64,000 bases of DNA from Parcubacteria group bacterium GW2011_GWA2_47_26 (GTDB taxonomy: Bacteria > Patescibacteriota > Patescibacteriia > GWA2-47-26): assembly GCA_001001705.1 (NCBI GenBank), contig LCOG01000002.1:20056-84055 (forward strand), read 5' to 3'. Shown piece after piece: positions 23,301-32,408 of this stretch. Positions within the stretch are counted from its first letter, which is position 1. Each line of letters opens with the position of its first letter. The notes under the pieces are model-generated. The model did no database searches and had not been told where the DNA came from. It saw nothing but the letters and a program-made list of their open reading frames with translations. The position numbers and the translations under genes were made by a program.

Positions 23301-24512
23301 ATGCCCAACATGCAAAGAATAAATTCAAAAGAATATGCAGAACAAGTAAAAACGACGGCGCGCAACCTAGCTATATTTGGCGATCGTGCCGGCGCGTTTG
23401 AGTTTGCGCGCGCGATTCAAGAATTATTAAAAAATCCGGAGCTAAACGCGGAGGTGCGCCCACTGTACGAAGATGCGGAGCGGGACGCCTTATTTGCCGC
23501 GATTCCTGTGCTTCCGGATCGTGAAGTTTTGCAAGGGCTGGAAAAACATCTTGCGTATTATCTTGGGCAAGAAAATTATGATTTGCTCTCGGTCATAAAA
23601 AGCAAGCTTTCAGGCATTGATATTGTTGAAGAACGTGATGCGTTCCGCGCGATGTTACGCGATTCTTTAATGAACGCGGACGGCAAAATTTCCGAAAAGA
23701 TTGAGTTGCTGGATGGAAGTCAGGAGGGATCCCCGCGTAATTGGCTGTCATATTATTTGCAAACTGTTGGCGGCGTAATTCCCGACACGTTTAAGCGCAC
23801 AGAGTTTATTGCCAGCCGTCCGGTTGAGCATGCAAAACCAGTAGAACAAGCGCGGCTTAAGCGATTGATTGAGTTGTTTGATTACTTGCGGCTTTCCTCG
23901 GCTACGGGCGCGGGTTTTGAGGAGGAATTAGTGGCGGATTTTGACGAGCGGATCATGATTTTGCAAGATGGCAAAGTCACGCAAATTGATCCCAAAACCG
24001 ATGAAATTATGAGCAAGACTATGCCGGCAATGCTCACGGCGTTAAAGCAAGCATGGGCCAGACAAGCCGCGCAGCCGACTGATTTAGAAAAAGAAGCGCG
24101 GGAGCAGGCCAAAAGCCTTAATCCCGCTCAAAGCCAGCAAACAATCGCGGAGATTTTTACAGCCAAGAGTTCTAAAGATCAAAAAAACGGATTAGCGGCT
24201 TTATATGGCGCGATTGGCGGCGGTTTGGATATATTTCTCAAACAGATTTTGCCGACTTTACAAGCTCATCTTAAAGATGCGCCTGAAGCAGAGCGGAGCG
24301 CTTCGCTTTTGCAAAGCGGACTGATTACTCCAGCGGTGGCCAAAATATTCTTGCGGATTTATTTGGAAAAACTTTTGGGTTTTTCTATGGACCATGCCGC
24401 GGCTTTGGTTGGGCGCATGTTGGGCACTTTGTCTCCGGCAGAGCGCGACAAATACTTCAAGGTTGCTTATTACGATTTTGAAAAAGGCTGGTTTGTTTGG
24501 GGCGAAGTTTAA
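23301..24512 (+). CDS. Hypothetical protein
   Basis: 403-codon ORF in operon context. Confidence 0.7.
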   Translation: MPNMQRINSKEYAEQVKTTARNLAIFGDRAGAFEFARAIQELLKNPELNAEVRPLYEDAERDALFAAIPVLPDREVLQGLEKHLAYYLGQENYDLLSVIKSKLSGIDIVEERDAFRAMLRDSLMNADGKISEKIELLDGSQEGSPRNWLSYYLQTVGGVIPDTFKRTEFIASRPVEHAKPVEQARLKRLIELFDYLRLSSATGAGFEEELVADFDERIMILQDGKVTQIDPKTDEIMSKTMPAMLTALKQAWARQAAQPTDLEKEAREQAKSLNPAQSQQTIAEIFTAKSSKDQKNGLAALYGAIGGGLDIFLKQILPTLQAHLKDAPEAERSASLLQSGLITPAVAKIFLRIYLEKLLGFSMDHAAALVGRMLGTLSPAERDKYFKVAYYDFEKGWFVWGEV

Positions 24513-24537
24513 TTCCATTCAAGGTGCCTCGTTGATT

Positions 24538-24572
24538 ATGTCCGATGAAATTTTAATCAAAGGTACCGATGG
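24538..24572 (+). pseudogene. Orphan copy of the 5' end of the 25482 gene (MSDEILIKGTDG)
   Basis: Matches MQDEILVKGTDG at 25482. Confidence 0.7.
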
Positions 24573-24690
24573 CCCGCCTACGTTTCTGCTCCGTTTTAAT
24601 TCCGAGCAATAAAAAAAGACTAGCATACTCGCTAGTATGCTAGGACCATATTTCTAGCGTGTCATCAGATGTGCGCTTAGACTATAGCCT

Positions 24691-25308
24691 ATGGCAAAAT
24701 TTAGTTCCCGACAAAGACTGGACCATAAACAGCGGCAAAAGGTATTGCTCGAGCTTTGCCATGCGTTAGTTGTGGTCAAGAAATTGGATGAAGCCGCTAA
24801 AGTGCTTGGCGATTTATTATCTGACCAAGAAATTGAAATGATTGCTAAGCGTTTGCAAATTGCAAAATTCTTGCTTCAGGACAAGAAGTACGAGGAAATT
24901 ATGGAGCAGTTAAAAGTTAGTGCTACTACTATTGCCCGAGTAAACCTTTGGCTCCAACAGGCCGGTGATGGGTTTCGGATGGTGATGTCCCGTGGGCTCG
25001 CTAAGAACAGTGTCAAGATTCCGGAGTGGCAGCCTCCGGCACGCAAAAGCGAAATGGCACGACGTTTCCCGCTTTATTATTGGCTGCAGGGATTGCTGGA
25101 AGGCATTATCCGCGCCGCAAATAATCGTCAGCGTGCAAAGATGCTGGAGACGCTCAAAGTGTTGAGGGTTTCTGGTAAAGGCAAGCGCGAAGTGTTTCGC
25201 TATGTGGAAGAGCTGATTCATAATCAGCAACGGAGCCCAAATCCGCGTCGTTTGCGGTCACTTGAGCTTGAAAAGGAAATGCAATTGGAGAAAGTAAAAC
25301 AATACTAG
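24691..25308 (+). CDS. TrpR-like (YerC/YecD) helix-turn-helix protein
   Basis: DLLSDQEIEMIAKRLQIAKFL, YEEIMEQLKVSATTIARVNLWL. Confidence 0.82.
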   Translation: MAKFSSRQRLDHKQRQKVLLELCHALVVVKKLDEAAKVLGDLLSDQEIEMIAKRLQIAKFLLQDKKYEEIMEQLKVSATTIARVNLWLQQAGDGFRMVMSRGLAKNSVKIPEWQPPARKSEMARRFPLYYWLQGLLEGIIRAANNRQRAKMLETLKVLRVSGKGKREVFRYVEELIHNQQRSPNPRRLRSLELEKEMQLEKVKQY

Positions 25309-25481
25309 CATACTAGCTAGTATGCTAGTATTAGCCAGATCAGATTCGGATCTTGCAAATCTTGTAAAAAAAGGACGGGATCACAAAAAGGCCCTTGCGG
25401 GCCCTTCGGATGAATTATCTATAATTTATAATAACACATGGGGTATAATTGTCAAGGATGGGGTGTGGATAGGTGAACACT

Positions 25482-26807
25482 ATGCAAGATGAAATTTTAG
25501 TTAAAGGCACAGATGGGAAGTGGTATCTTCTGCAAGGGGAGGAGTTGGTGCCGTATGGGGCAGGTACGCAGGGACCAGATAAGCAGGCGGCAGGCGTGAA
25601 ACAAGAGTTGCCTAAAGGGGTGACAGAAGAGAGGCATAAAAAATTGGAAAAGGTGACCAAAGCGGTAGAGGAGCCACATGTGGCAAAAGAAATTTTCTTG
25701 CCAGCCGTAGCTACTCCGCCCCTTCCGGCTGTTTCTGCTCCCGCGCTTCGTGACTTGGTCACTGCCGCAGGCGCAACACGTGACCAAGTCACAGCTCCGG
25801 CCTATATTCCGCCGGAGTTGCCCGAATTAGTCGCGCCTGCTTTGGGGCCGGTAACACACGAAGGACATCCTTTATATAAGGAATTGCAGGAGCTTGTGGA
25901 TCAGGTGGTAAGTGAGAGCGCCGAAATAATTCGCGCTCAAGCGCCAGCTTGGGACGAAATTTTGCAAAAACGTTTCCGGTTCGTGATCTCGGCACGTTTG
26001 CGGGATATGCGGGACGCGGCAGAAACCAAAGCCTTGATATTGCGTGATCAGAAGATTGGTGGTTTAGGTTTGCGCGAGGCAGACGCGCAAAAGGTCACGG
26101 AGTTTACCGAGCGCGTTTTTCAAGAATTTCAAAAAAAGTGGCAAGAGTTTGAGGCAAAGCGCATTGAAGAATGGAAGCGCAAGAAGCGCGAAGAAGCGGC
26201 TCATAGCGAAGAAGTTTGCAAGAAAAAAGAAGAGCAGGAGATGGAGGAGAGATACGCCCGCCTTACAGGCGAGGTTGCAAAAGTGGCAGAGGTGGCAAAT
26301 GAGCCAAAGATTAAGGTACCCAAACCTCAAACCTCAAACCTCAAACCTCAAACAGCCCCAAATATTAAAGCTCAAAAGCCAAGGATAATAGAGCAATCCA
26401 GAACATCTGTCACTTCTGAAACATTTGCAACATCTGTGACTTTGCCGCGAAGCAGCAAAGTCACAGATGTCCGTACCCCGCCGAAACTCTTGGGACCGGT
26501 GGAGGAACTGCAAAGCATAAGCCCCCAAGATTTTAGACGGCTGGGCGCGCCTGGCGAGGCAACTGCAAAAATCAAGGCCAAAGTAGATTTTTTGGCGCAA
26601 GAATCATTTACAAAATACAGAAATGGAATCAAGGCTTGGCAAAGTTCGCCACTGCACAGACTGTATTTATTCATTAGCGGAATATCCTTACGGGAACGCA
26701 AGAGTATTGAGCAAGTTATAGGTGATTTACAGGTGCAAAACAAAGACACACTCACACCTGACGAATTTCATGCTATAATGGAGTTGAATAAACAATTGAG
26801 GTTTTAA
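25482..26807 (+). CDS. Hypothetical coiled-coil protein with a family E insert and microrepeats
   Basis: Long ORF; family E copy at 25750-25792. Confidence 0.75.
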   Translation: MQDEILVKGTDGKWYLLQGEELVPYGAGTQGPDKQAAGVKQELPKGVTEERHKKLEKVTKAVEEPHVAKEIFLPAVATPPLPAVSAPALRDLVTAAGATRDQVTAPAYIPPELPELVAPALGPVTHEGHPLYKELQELVDQVVSESAEIIRAQAPAWDEILQKRFRFVISARLRDMRDAAETKALILRDQKIGGLGLREADAQKVTEFTERVFQEFQKKWQEFEAKRIEEWKRKKREEAAHSEEVCKKKEEQEMEERYARLTGEVAKVAEVANEPKIKVPKPQTSNLKPQTAPNIKAQKPRIIEQSRTSVTSETFATSVTLPRSSKVTDVRTPPKLLGPVEELQSISPQDFRRLGAPGEATAKIKAKVDFLAQESFTKYRNGIKAWQSSPLHRLYLFISGISLRERKSIEQVIGDLQVQNKDTLTPDEFHAIMELNKQLRF

Positions 26808-26815
26808 GGTATGCA

Positions 26816-27020
26816 ATCCCGTTAGAAGCCGCGGTCGTTGGTTTGTGGAGTAGATAATATTCATATGCAGAAAGGTCAAATGGTTTTAATAAATAACCTC
26901 GCAGGGCGGGCGACCGCGACCTGTCCCGTTAGAAGTGTTGTTCTAACGGGTAATCAATCAGGAGTCTGGGGAGTGTTCAGTATTATGGGCACTTCTAACG
27001 GGACCTGCTTCTAACGGGAT
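26816..27020. mobile_element. Nested family C elements ending in the PrgI-like ATG
   Basis: Outer TIR pair with an inner tcccgttagaagtg...cacttctaacggga at about 26924-27003, flanked by repeated acctg. Confidence 0.85.
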
Positions 27021-27444
27021 GCAACAATTCGTCGTCCCCCAATTCATTGATGTTGAGGATAAGATCATCGGCCCGATTACCACGCGGCAGTTTATTATTA
27101 TGCTTGTCGTGGGACTGGCAATTTTTATCTTCTATAAAATACTGGCCTTTATTCCTTTTGTAATCTCGGCAATCCTTTTGTTCGGTGCCGGAGGAGTAAT
27201 TGCATTCTTGCGCATTAATGGTCAACCCTTTCATTTTTTTCTGCTTAACGTCTTTCAGACTTCGCGCCGGCCAAAATTAAAAGTTTGGAACAAAGAACTG
27301 ACTGACGCGGAATTAAGAGAAAGATTAACTGCTCCACTGCCGCCGCATCCACTGCCGCCGCCGCGCAAAGAATTGTTGACCACTTCACGGCTGAACGAGA
27401 TAGCGCTGGTCGTGGACACTGGCGGTGTTTATACGCCGGAATAA
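27019..27444 (+). CDS. PrgI family protein
   Basis: QFVVPQFIDVEDKIIGPITTRQF plus two TM segments. Confidence 0.85.
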   Translation: MQQFVVPQFIDVEDKIIGPITTRQFIIMLVVGLAIFIFYKILAFIPFVISAILLFGAGGVIAFLRINGQPFHFFLLNVFQTSRRPKLKVWNKELTDAELRERLTAPLPPHPLPPPRKELLTTSRLNEIALVVDTGGVYTPE

Positions 27445-27445
27445 T

Positions 27446-28147
27446 ATGCCCGAAATGCAATCAAAAAAATTAGCCGGAGCCAAACCCGGGCCCGCAGTCC
27501 AGCAGTATCTTGATATTGCGGAAATAAAAGAAGATGTAGTGGTTTTAAAAGATGGAACCCTGCGGGCCGTGCTCGCGGTTGCTTCAGTAAATTTCGGTTT
27601 AAAGTCCGAAGATGAACAAAATGCCACCATCTCCGCCTATGTGCAATTTATCAATGCTCTAGAGCATCCTTTGCAGATCGTGATTCAGTCCCGCAAGCTT
27701 AATATTGATGAGTATATAAATCGCCTGGAGCGCGCGGAGCATGAGCAGACCAATGATCTTCTGCGTCTGCAGATTACAAACTACCGCTCTTTTATTAAAG
27801 AATTGGTTGAACTCGGCGAAATAATGTCTAAACGTTTTTTTCTTGTTGTGCCATACTCGCCATTATCCGATAAACGCAAAGGGTTTTGGTCTAGGTTTTC
27901 AGAGCTTTTGCGTCCGCTAGTTACCGTGCGCATTCGAGAAGAGCGTTTTCGCGCTCATCGCGGAGCTCTTTTGCAAAGAGTCTCACATGTGCAAAACGGG
28001 CTGTCTTCCATTGGGCTGAAATCACAAGCGCTGGATACCCAAGCTTTGATTGAGTTGTACTACAGGGTTTATAATCCTGATATCGCTGAAGTGGAAAAAT
28101 TGCAGGATCTGGCTAAGATTAAGACTGAAGAGTCGTACGCGGTCTGA
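27446..28147 (+). CDS. Conjugation-type accessory protein upstream of VirB4
   Basis: IKEDVVVLKDG, SVNFGLKSEDEQ, PLQIVIQSRKL. Confidence 0.7.
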   Translation: MPEMQSKKLAGAKPGPAVQQYLDIAEIKEDVVVLKDGTLRAVLAVASVNFGLKSEDEQNATISAYVQFINALEHPLQIVIQSRKLNIDEYINRLERAEHEQTNDLLRLQITNYRSFIKELVELGEIMSKRFFLVVPYSPLSDKRKGFWSRFSELLRPLVTVRIREERFRAHRGALLQRVSHVQNGLSSIGLKSQALDTQALIELYYRVYNPDIAEVEKLQDLAKIKTEESYAV

Positions 28148-28239
28148 TTATGTAGCATGTAGCCTGTAACATATAACACAAGATTGAAATTGAGTACGCT
28201 CTTGGGTTACATGCTACATGTTATAAGTTTACATGATTT

Positions 28240-30114
28240 ATGCCTTTACTCGGTAAGAAAAAACCCCCGATAGCTATCGGGGCGCCCCAGGTGACTGTGG
28301 CGGCGCAAAAAGCCAAAGCGGCCGAAGAGCGCATCGTGCTTGAAGAAGAGCGCGTATATCGGCGCGGTGTAGTTTCAGTGCGCGATATTATAGCGCCGGC
28401 TTCCATGCAGCTGACGCCTTCTTTTGTGAAGCTGGGCGATGTTTTTGTGCGCACCATTTTTGTCGTTTCTTATCCTCGCTATATCGCAGTGGGTTGGTTT
28501 ACGCCCATTGTTAATTTGCCGGTAACTTTGGATATTGGTATGTTTTTCTATCCGGTTAAGTCCGATGTTATTTTGAAGCAATTGAAGAAGAAAGTCGGCA
28601 CGCTTGAGGCCCAAGTTATTGCTGATTCGGAAAAAGGCGCTCCGCGCGATCCGATTCGCGAGACCGCCTTGCGCGATATTGAAAAGTTGCGCGACGATTT
28701 GACCCAAGGGACAGAAAAGTTTTTCCAGTTCGCTCTTTATGCGACAATTTACGCAAAAGACAAAGCCGAGCTGGAAAAGCTGACCGAGGATATAGAAGCG
28801 CTCTTCGGCAGCAAATTGATTTATTCTAAAAAAGTATTTTTCCAGGCGGAGCAAGGCTTTAATTCCACAATTCCGTTAGGCAATGACGAACTCATGATTG
28901 CCTTTAACATGAATTCCTCCCCGATTGCCTCTTCGTTTCCGTTTATCTCCGCGGATTTAACCTCGGATAACGGCATTCTCTACGGCATTAACCGTCACAA
29001 CAATAGCCTCATCCTGTTTGATCGTTTTTCTCTGCAGAATGCCAATTTCGTGGTCTTTGCCACCTCTGGCGCCGGTAAAAGCTATACCATGAAATTGGAA
29101 ATTTTGCGCTCTTTAATGCTTGGCACAGACGTAATTGTGATTGACCCGGAAATGGAATACAAGCATTTATCCGACGCGGTTGGCGGCACCTATATAAATA
29201 TTTCCCTGGCGGGCGAGGCCAAAGTAAATCCTTTTGATCTTTCGCGCCCGGTTGGCGAAGAGGTTAAGACCGAAGATATAATCCGTTCCGCGGTTATCAC
29301 GATTAAAGGATTGTTAAAAATAATGCTTGGTCAATTTACCCATGAAGAAGATGCCCTGATGGATCGCGCGCTTATTGAGACTTATGCGAAAAAAGACATT
29401 ACCGCCACCTCTGATCTTTCTAAAGTGGAGGCGCCAATTATGTCTGATTTGCAAGAAGTGCTGGAGGGCATGGAAGGCGGGGCTTCTTTGGCCGAGCGGC
29501 TGAAAAAATATACGACTGGAACATTTGGCAGTCTTATCAATAGCCCGACCAATGTTGATATGCGCAACCAGTTAGTGGTTTTCTCTGTTCGCGATTTGGA
29601 GGACGAGTTGCGGCCGATTGCCATTTACTCGTTAGTCAATTATATCTGGAATGTGGTGCGCTCGGAGCGCAAGAAAAGAATTTTGACCATTGATGAGGCT
29701 TGGTGGCTTATGCAAAATGAGGATTCGGCAAAATTCATTTTTGCGCTTGTTAAACGCGCGCGAAAATATTATCTTGGAGTAACAACCATTACGCAGGATG
29801 TAAACGACTTCCTGCTTAATCCTTACGGTAAAGCGATTGTAACCAACTCCGCCCTCCAGTTGCTTTTGAAGCAATCGCCCGCCGCTATCGATCTAGTCCA
29901 GCAGACCTTTATGCTTACTGAAGGGGAGAAATATTTACTTTTGGAATGTGCGGTTGGAGAAGGCATCTTTTTTGCCGGCGCAAAACACGCCGCTATAAAA
30001 GTCGTGGCTTCCTACGCCGAAGATCAGCTTGTTACGACCGACCCTCGCCAACTGCTTGAGCTGGAGGCGGCTAAGAAAGAATTTGAGGAACAAATGATGC
30101 CTAAGGGCCTATGA
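28240..30114 (+). CDS. VirB4/TraC-like ATPase
   Basis: ATSGAGKS, VIDPEMEY, IDEAWWLM, RARKYYLG, TQDVNDF. Confidence 0.88.
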   Translation: MPLLGKKKPPIAIGAPQVTVAAQKAKAAEERIVLEEERVYRRGVVSVRDIIAPASMQLTPSFVKLGDVFVRTIFVVSYPRYIAVGWFTPIVNLPVTLDIGMFFYPVKSDVILKQLKKKVGTLEAQVIADSEKGAPRDPIRETALRDIEKLRDDLTQGTEKFFQFALYATIYAKDKAELEKLTEDIEALFGSKLIYSKKVFFQAEQGFNSTIPLGNDELMIAFNMNSSPIASSFPFISADLTSDNGILYGINRHNNSLILFDRFSLQNANFVVFATSGAGKSYTMKLEILRSLMLGTDVIVIDPEMEYKHLSDAVGGTYINISLAGEAKVNPFDLSRPVGEEVKTEDIIRSAVITIKGLLKIMLGQFTHEEDALMDRALIETYAKKDITATSDLSKVEAPIMSDLQEVLEGMEGGASLAERLKKYTTGTFGSLINSPTNVDMRNQLVVFSVRDLEDELRPIAIYSLVNYIWNVVRSERKKRILTIDEAWWLMQNEDSAKFIFALVKRARKYYLGVTTITQDVNDFLLNPYGKAIVTNSALQLLLKQSPAAIDLVQQTFMLTEGEKYLLLECAVGEGIFFAGAKHAAIKVVASYAEDQLVTTDPRQLLELEAAKKEFEEQMMPKGL

Positions 30115-30184
30115 CATGTAGCCTGTAACATGTAGCTCAAGGTCTTGTGTTATATGTTACAAGTTATAAGTTACAAAAACCCAT

Positions 30185-30781
30185 ATGTCTCGCCGCACTA
30201 AAATAATCCTCGTAAGCGTTATAGTGATAATTATTTTGATTATACTTTTCTGGTTGATTTGGATAGGGCCGCAAATGTTGCGGCGCAATACAACAAATGT
30301 GCCCGCGCCACCACTAGAAACTCAAGGCGGGCTTGCCTTGCCTCTGTCGCCCGCAACTCCTCTCGGCGCGGCGCCGCAGACCGCCGAAGTCGGCGCGGAA
30401 GTGGCCCAGGCCTCGCTTGAAGCTTTTGCGCGCTCCTTTATTGAACGCTACGGCAGTTATTCCAACCAAAGCAATTATGACAATCTTGAAGATTTATATC
30501 CTTTTATGACTAAAAATCTTCAGCAATCAACTCAAGATTTTGTGCAAAGTGAACGGGCTAAAATGCGGACGCAAACACCAGCTTATTTTGGCATTACTAC
30601 GCGAGTATTATCTAGCATGGTGTCTCTATTGAATGATGATCGCGCCGGACTAGTTATTAAGACGCAACGGCGCGAGTCTGGCTCTGACCCGAACGCTTCG
30701 CGGCTCTATTATCAAGATGTAGAACTGAAACTAGTAATGGTGGGGGAGCAATGGAAAGTTGATGTGGCGGAATGGCAATAA
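30185..30781 (+). CDS. Hypothetical bitopic membrane protein
   Basis: N-terminal TM; FIERYGSYSNQS; C-terminal WKVD. Confidence 0.7.
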   Translation: MSRRTKIILVSVIVIIILIILFWLIWIGPQMLRRNTTNVPAPPLETQGGLALPLSPATPLGAAPQTAEVGAEVAQASLEAFARSFIERYGSYSNQSNYDNLEDLYPFMTKNLQQSTQDFVQSERAKMRTQTPAYFGITTRVLSSMVSLLNDDRAGLVIKTQRRESGSDPNASRLYYQDVELKLVMVGEQWKVDVAEWQ

Positions 30782-30782
30782 A

Positions 30783-31502
30783 ATGGTACGGCTTATGCTG
30801 TTTCAGAGGTGCATAAACTTTACCATTGATACCCTTTTCCCCATCGAATGCCTGGGATGTAAAAAAGAAGGCGAGTGGTTATGTCAGGACTGTTTGGCAA
30901 AAATTCCCATTGAAACCAAGGAGGACTGTTTTGTTTGCAAAAAACCGTCCGCCGGCGGTAAAACTTGTTTTTCCTGTCAACGCAATTTTTCACTTCAAAG
31001 CGTGGCATGGTTAACAGATTACGACAATGCCTTAGTGCACCGGGCGCTTCATATAGCCAAATATGGATATGTTAAGGCAGTATTAGTCGCGCTTCTCAAT
31101 AGTTTAGTGCCGCATCTATCTCATAAGTTTAGATTTTTTGATCTTGATCCGCGGGCGGTCATGTTTATACCCGTTCCCTTGCATCTGCGTCGTTTGCGGG
31201 ATCGCGGATTTAATCAGGCGCAAATTGTAGCCGAGTCATTTGCTCGCGCGACTAATGGCATTTGCGTAAACGCATTGACGCGGAGACGTTTTACAATACC
31301 GCAGGTTAAGCTTGACGAGGCGGATCGGGCGAGAAATATTAAAGGAGTTTTCAAATGCCTAGATCAAGCAACCGTCGCCGATCACTATGTGTTTATTGTA
31401 GATGATGTGGCAACAAGCGGAGCAACACTCAATGCTTGCGGCGAAGAGCTACAAAAAGCCGGAGCGCGAGGAGTATTTGGATTGGTAATTGCGAAGGGTT
31501 GA
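30783..31502 (+). CDS. comF: ComF family protein (double zinc ribbon plus phosphoribosyltransferase)
   Basis: CxxC pairs, PVPLH, RGFNQA, VDDVATSGATL. Confidence 0.9.
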   Translation: MVRLMLFQRCINFTIDTLFPIECLGCKKEGEWLCQDCLAKIPIETKEDCFVCKKPSAGGKTCFSCQRNFSLQSVAWLTDYDNALVHRALHIAKYGYVKAVLVALLNSLVPHLSHKFRFFDLDPRAVMFIPVPLHLRRLRDRGFNQAQIVAESFARATNGICVNALTRRRFTIPQVKLDEADRARNIKGVFKCLDQATVADHYVFIVDDVATSGATLNACGEELQKAGARGVFGLVIAKG

Positions 31503-31513
31503 AAACAAAAAAA

Positions 31514-31597
31514 CGGAAGGGGTGGGACTCGAACCCACAAGCCCTTGCGGGCGCCGGTTTTCAAGACCGGTTCCTTAGCCATTCGGAGCACCCTTCC
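31514..31597 (-). tRNA. tRNA-Ser(TGA)
   Basis: Anticodon arm CCGGT-CTTGAAA-ACCGG, long variable arm, GTTCGAGTC. Confidence 0.93.
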
Positions 31598-31598
31598 A

Positions 31599-31685
31599 CG
31601 GAGAGGGTGGGATTTGAACCCACGAGCCCCCTTACGGGGGCAGAGTTTAGCAAACTCTTGCCTTGGACCACTCGGCCACCTCTCC
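31599..31685 (-). tRNA. tRNA-Ser(GCT)
   Basis: Anticodon arm AGAGT-TTGCTAA-ACTCT, long variable arm, GTTCAAATC; 1 nt from the next tRNA. Confidence 0.93.
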
Positions 31686-31751
31686 AATAAATCACATTTT
31701 ACCAGTAAAATACATTGTGGTCAATAATAAGCTGTGGTATACTTTAATACT

Positions 31752-32243
31752 ATGCCAGAGACAGAAACTAAACAATACGGTAAAGAACTTTTATCCTGGG
31801 AAGCGGATGAATACAGTCAAGGACACAAGGGTCTTTTGTGGTATTTTATGGCGACCATCGCGGCCGTTGCTTTTCTTATCTGGGCAGTGGCCACTCGCAA
31901 TTTTTTATTCGCTTTCATCGTAATCATGTTCGCGGTAATTACCGCAACCCATGCCCTGCGTCCGCCAATGCGCTATCGTATCGGCCTTTTTGAGCGCGGA
32001 TTAGTTTTTGGAACCAGGCTCTATCTATGGAAAGATATAAAAAACTTCTGGATTGTCTACGAACCGCCAGAAGTAAAAACGCTTTACTTTGATTTTGGGG
32101 GCTTGCGTCCGCGTTTGCCTGTGCCACTTATAGACACTGACCCCAATCGCGTACGCAAAACTTTACAGGAATTTTTGATGGAAGACGTTGAACGGATCGA
32201 AGAACCTTTGTCTGATTGGGTTGCGCGGGTGCTGAAGTTATAA
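31752..32243 (+). CDS. Hypothetical membrane protein (two TM plus PH-like tail)
   Basis: LSWEADEY, WYF, TM pair, YLWKDIKNFWI. Confidence 0.7.
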   Translation: MPETETKQYGKELLSWEADEYSQGHKGLLWYFMATIAAVAFLIWAVATRNFLFAFIVIMFAVITATHALRPPMRYRIGLFERGLVFGTRLYLWKDIKNFWIVYEPPEVKTLYFDFGGLRPRLPVPLIDTDPNRVRKTLQEFLMEDVERIEEPLSDWVARVLKL

Positions 32244-32408
32244 TGGGACTGTTGCTAAATACGCTTTCGTAACGAAAGGTAAGAATTTTGAGCGAGACGA
32301 AGTGAAACATTTGAAGCATATACGGCGTATATGTTGAGATCCGCAAGCTCGCATTCTATCCGTTGAACTACGGGCGCAAAAGGCGCTGGATTCTTTATTG
32401 TATTCTAC

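Noticed and set aside
20670-31685. Integrative conjugative element inserted at tRNA-Ser
   Set aside because: No integrase, relaxase or duplicated tRNA 3' end was seen, and the region carries the same repeat families as the rest of the chromosome.
31385-31727. ORFs overlapping the tRNA-Ser pair (and 13235-13799 over tRNA-Asn)
   Set aside because: Spurious translations of tRNA genes.
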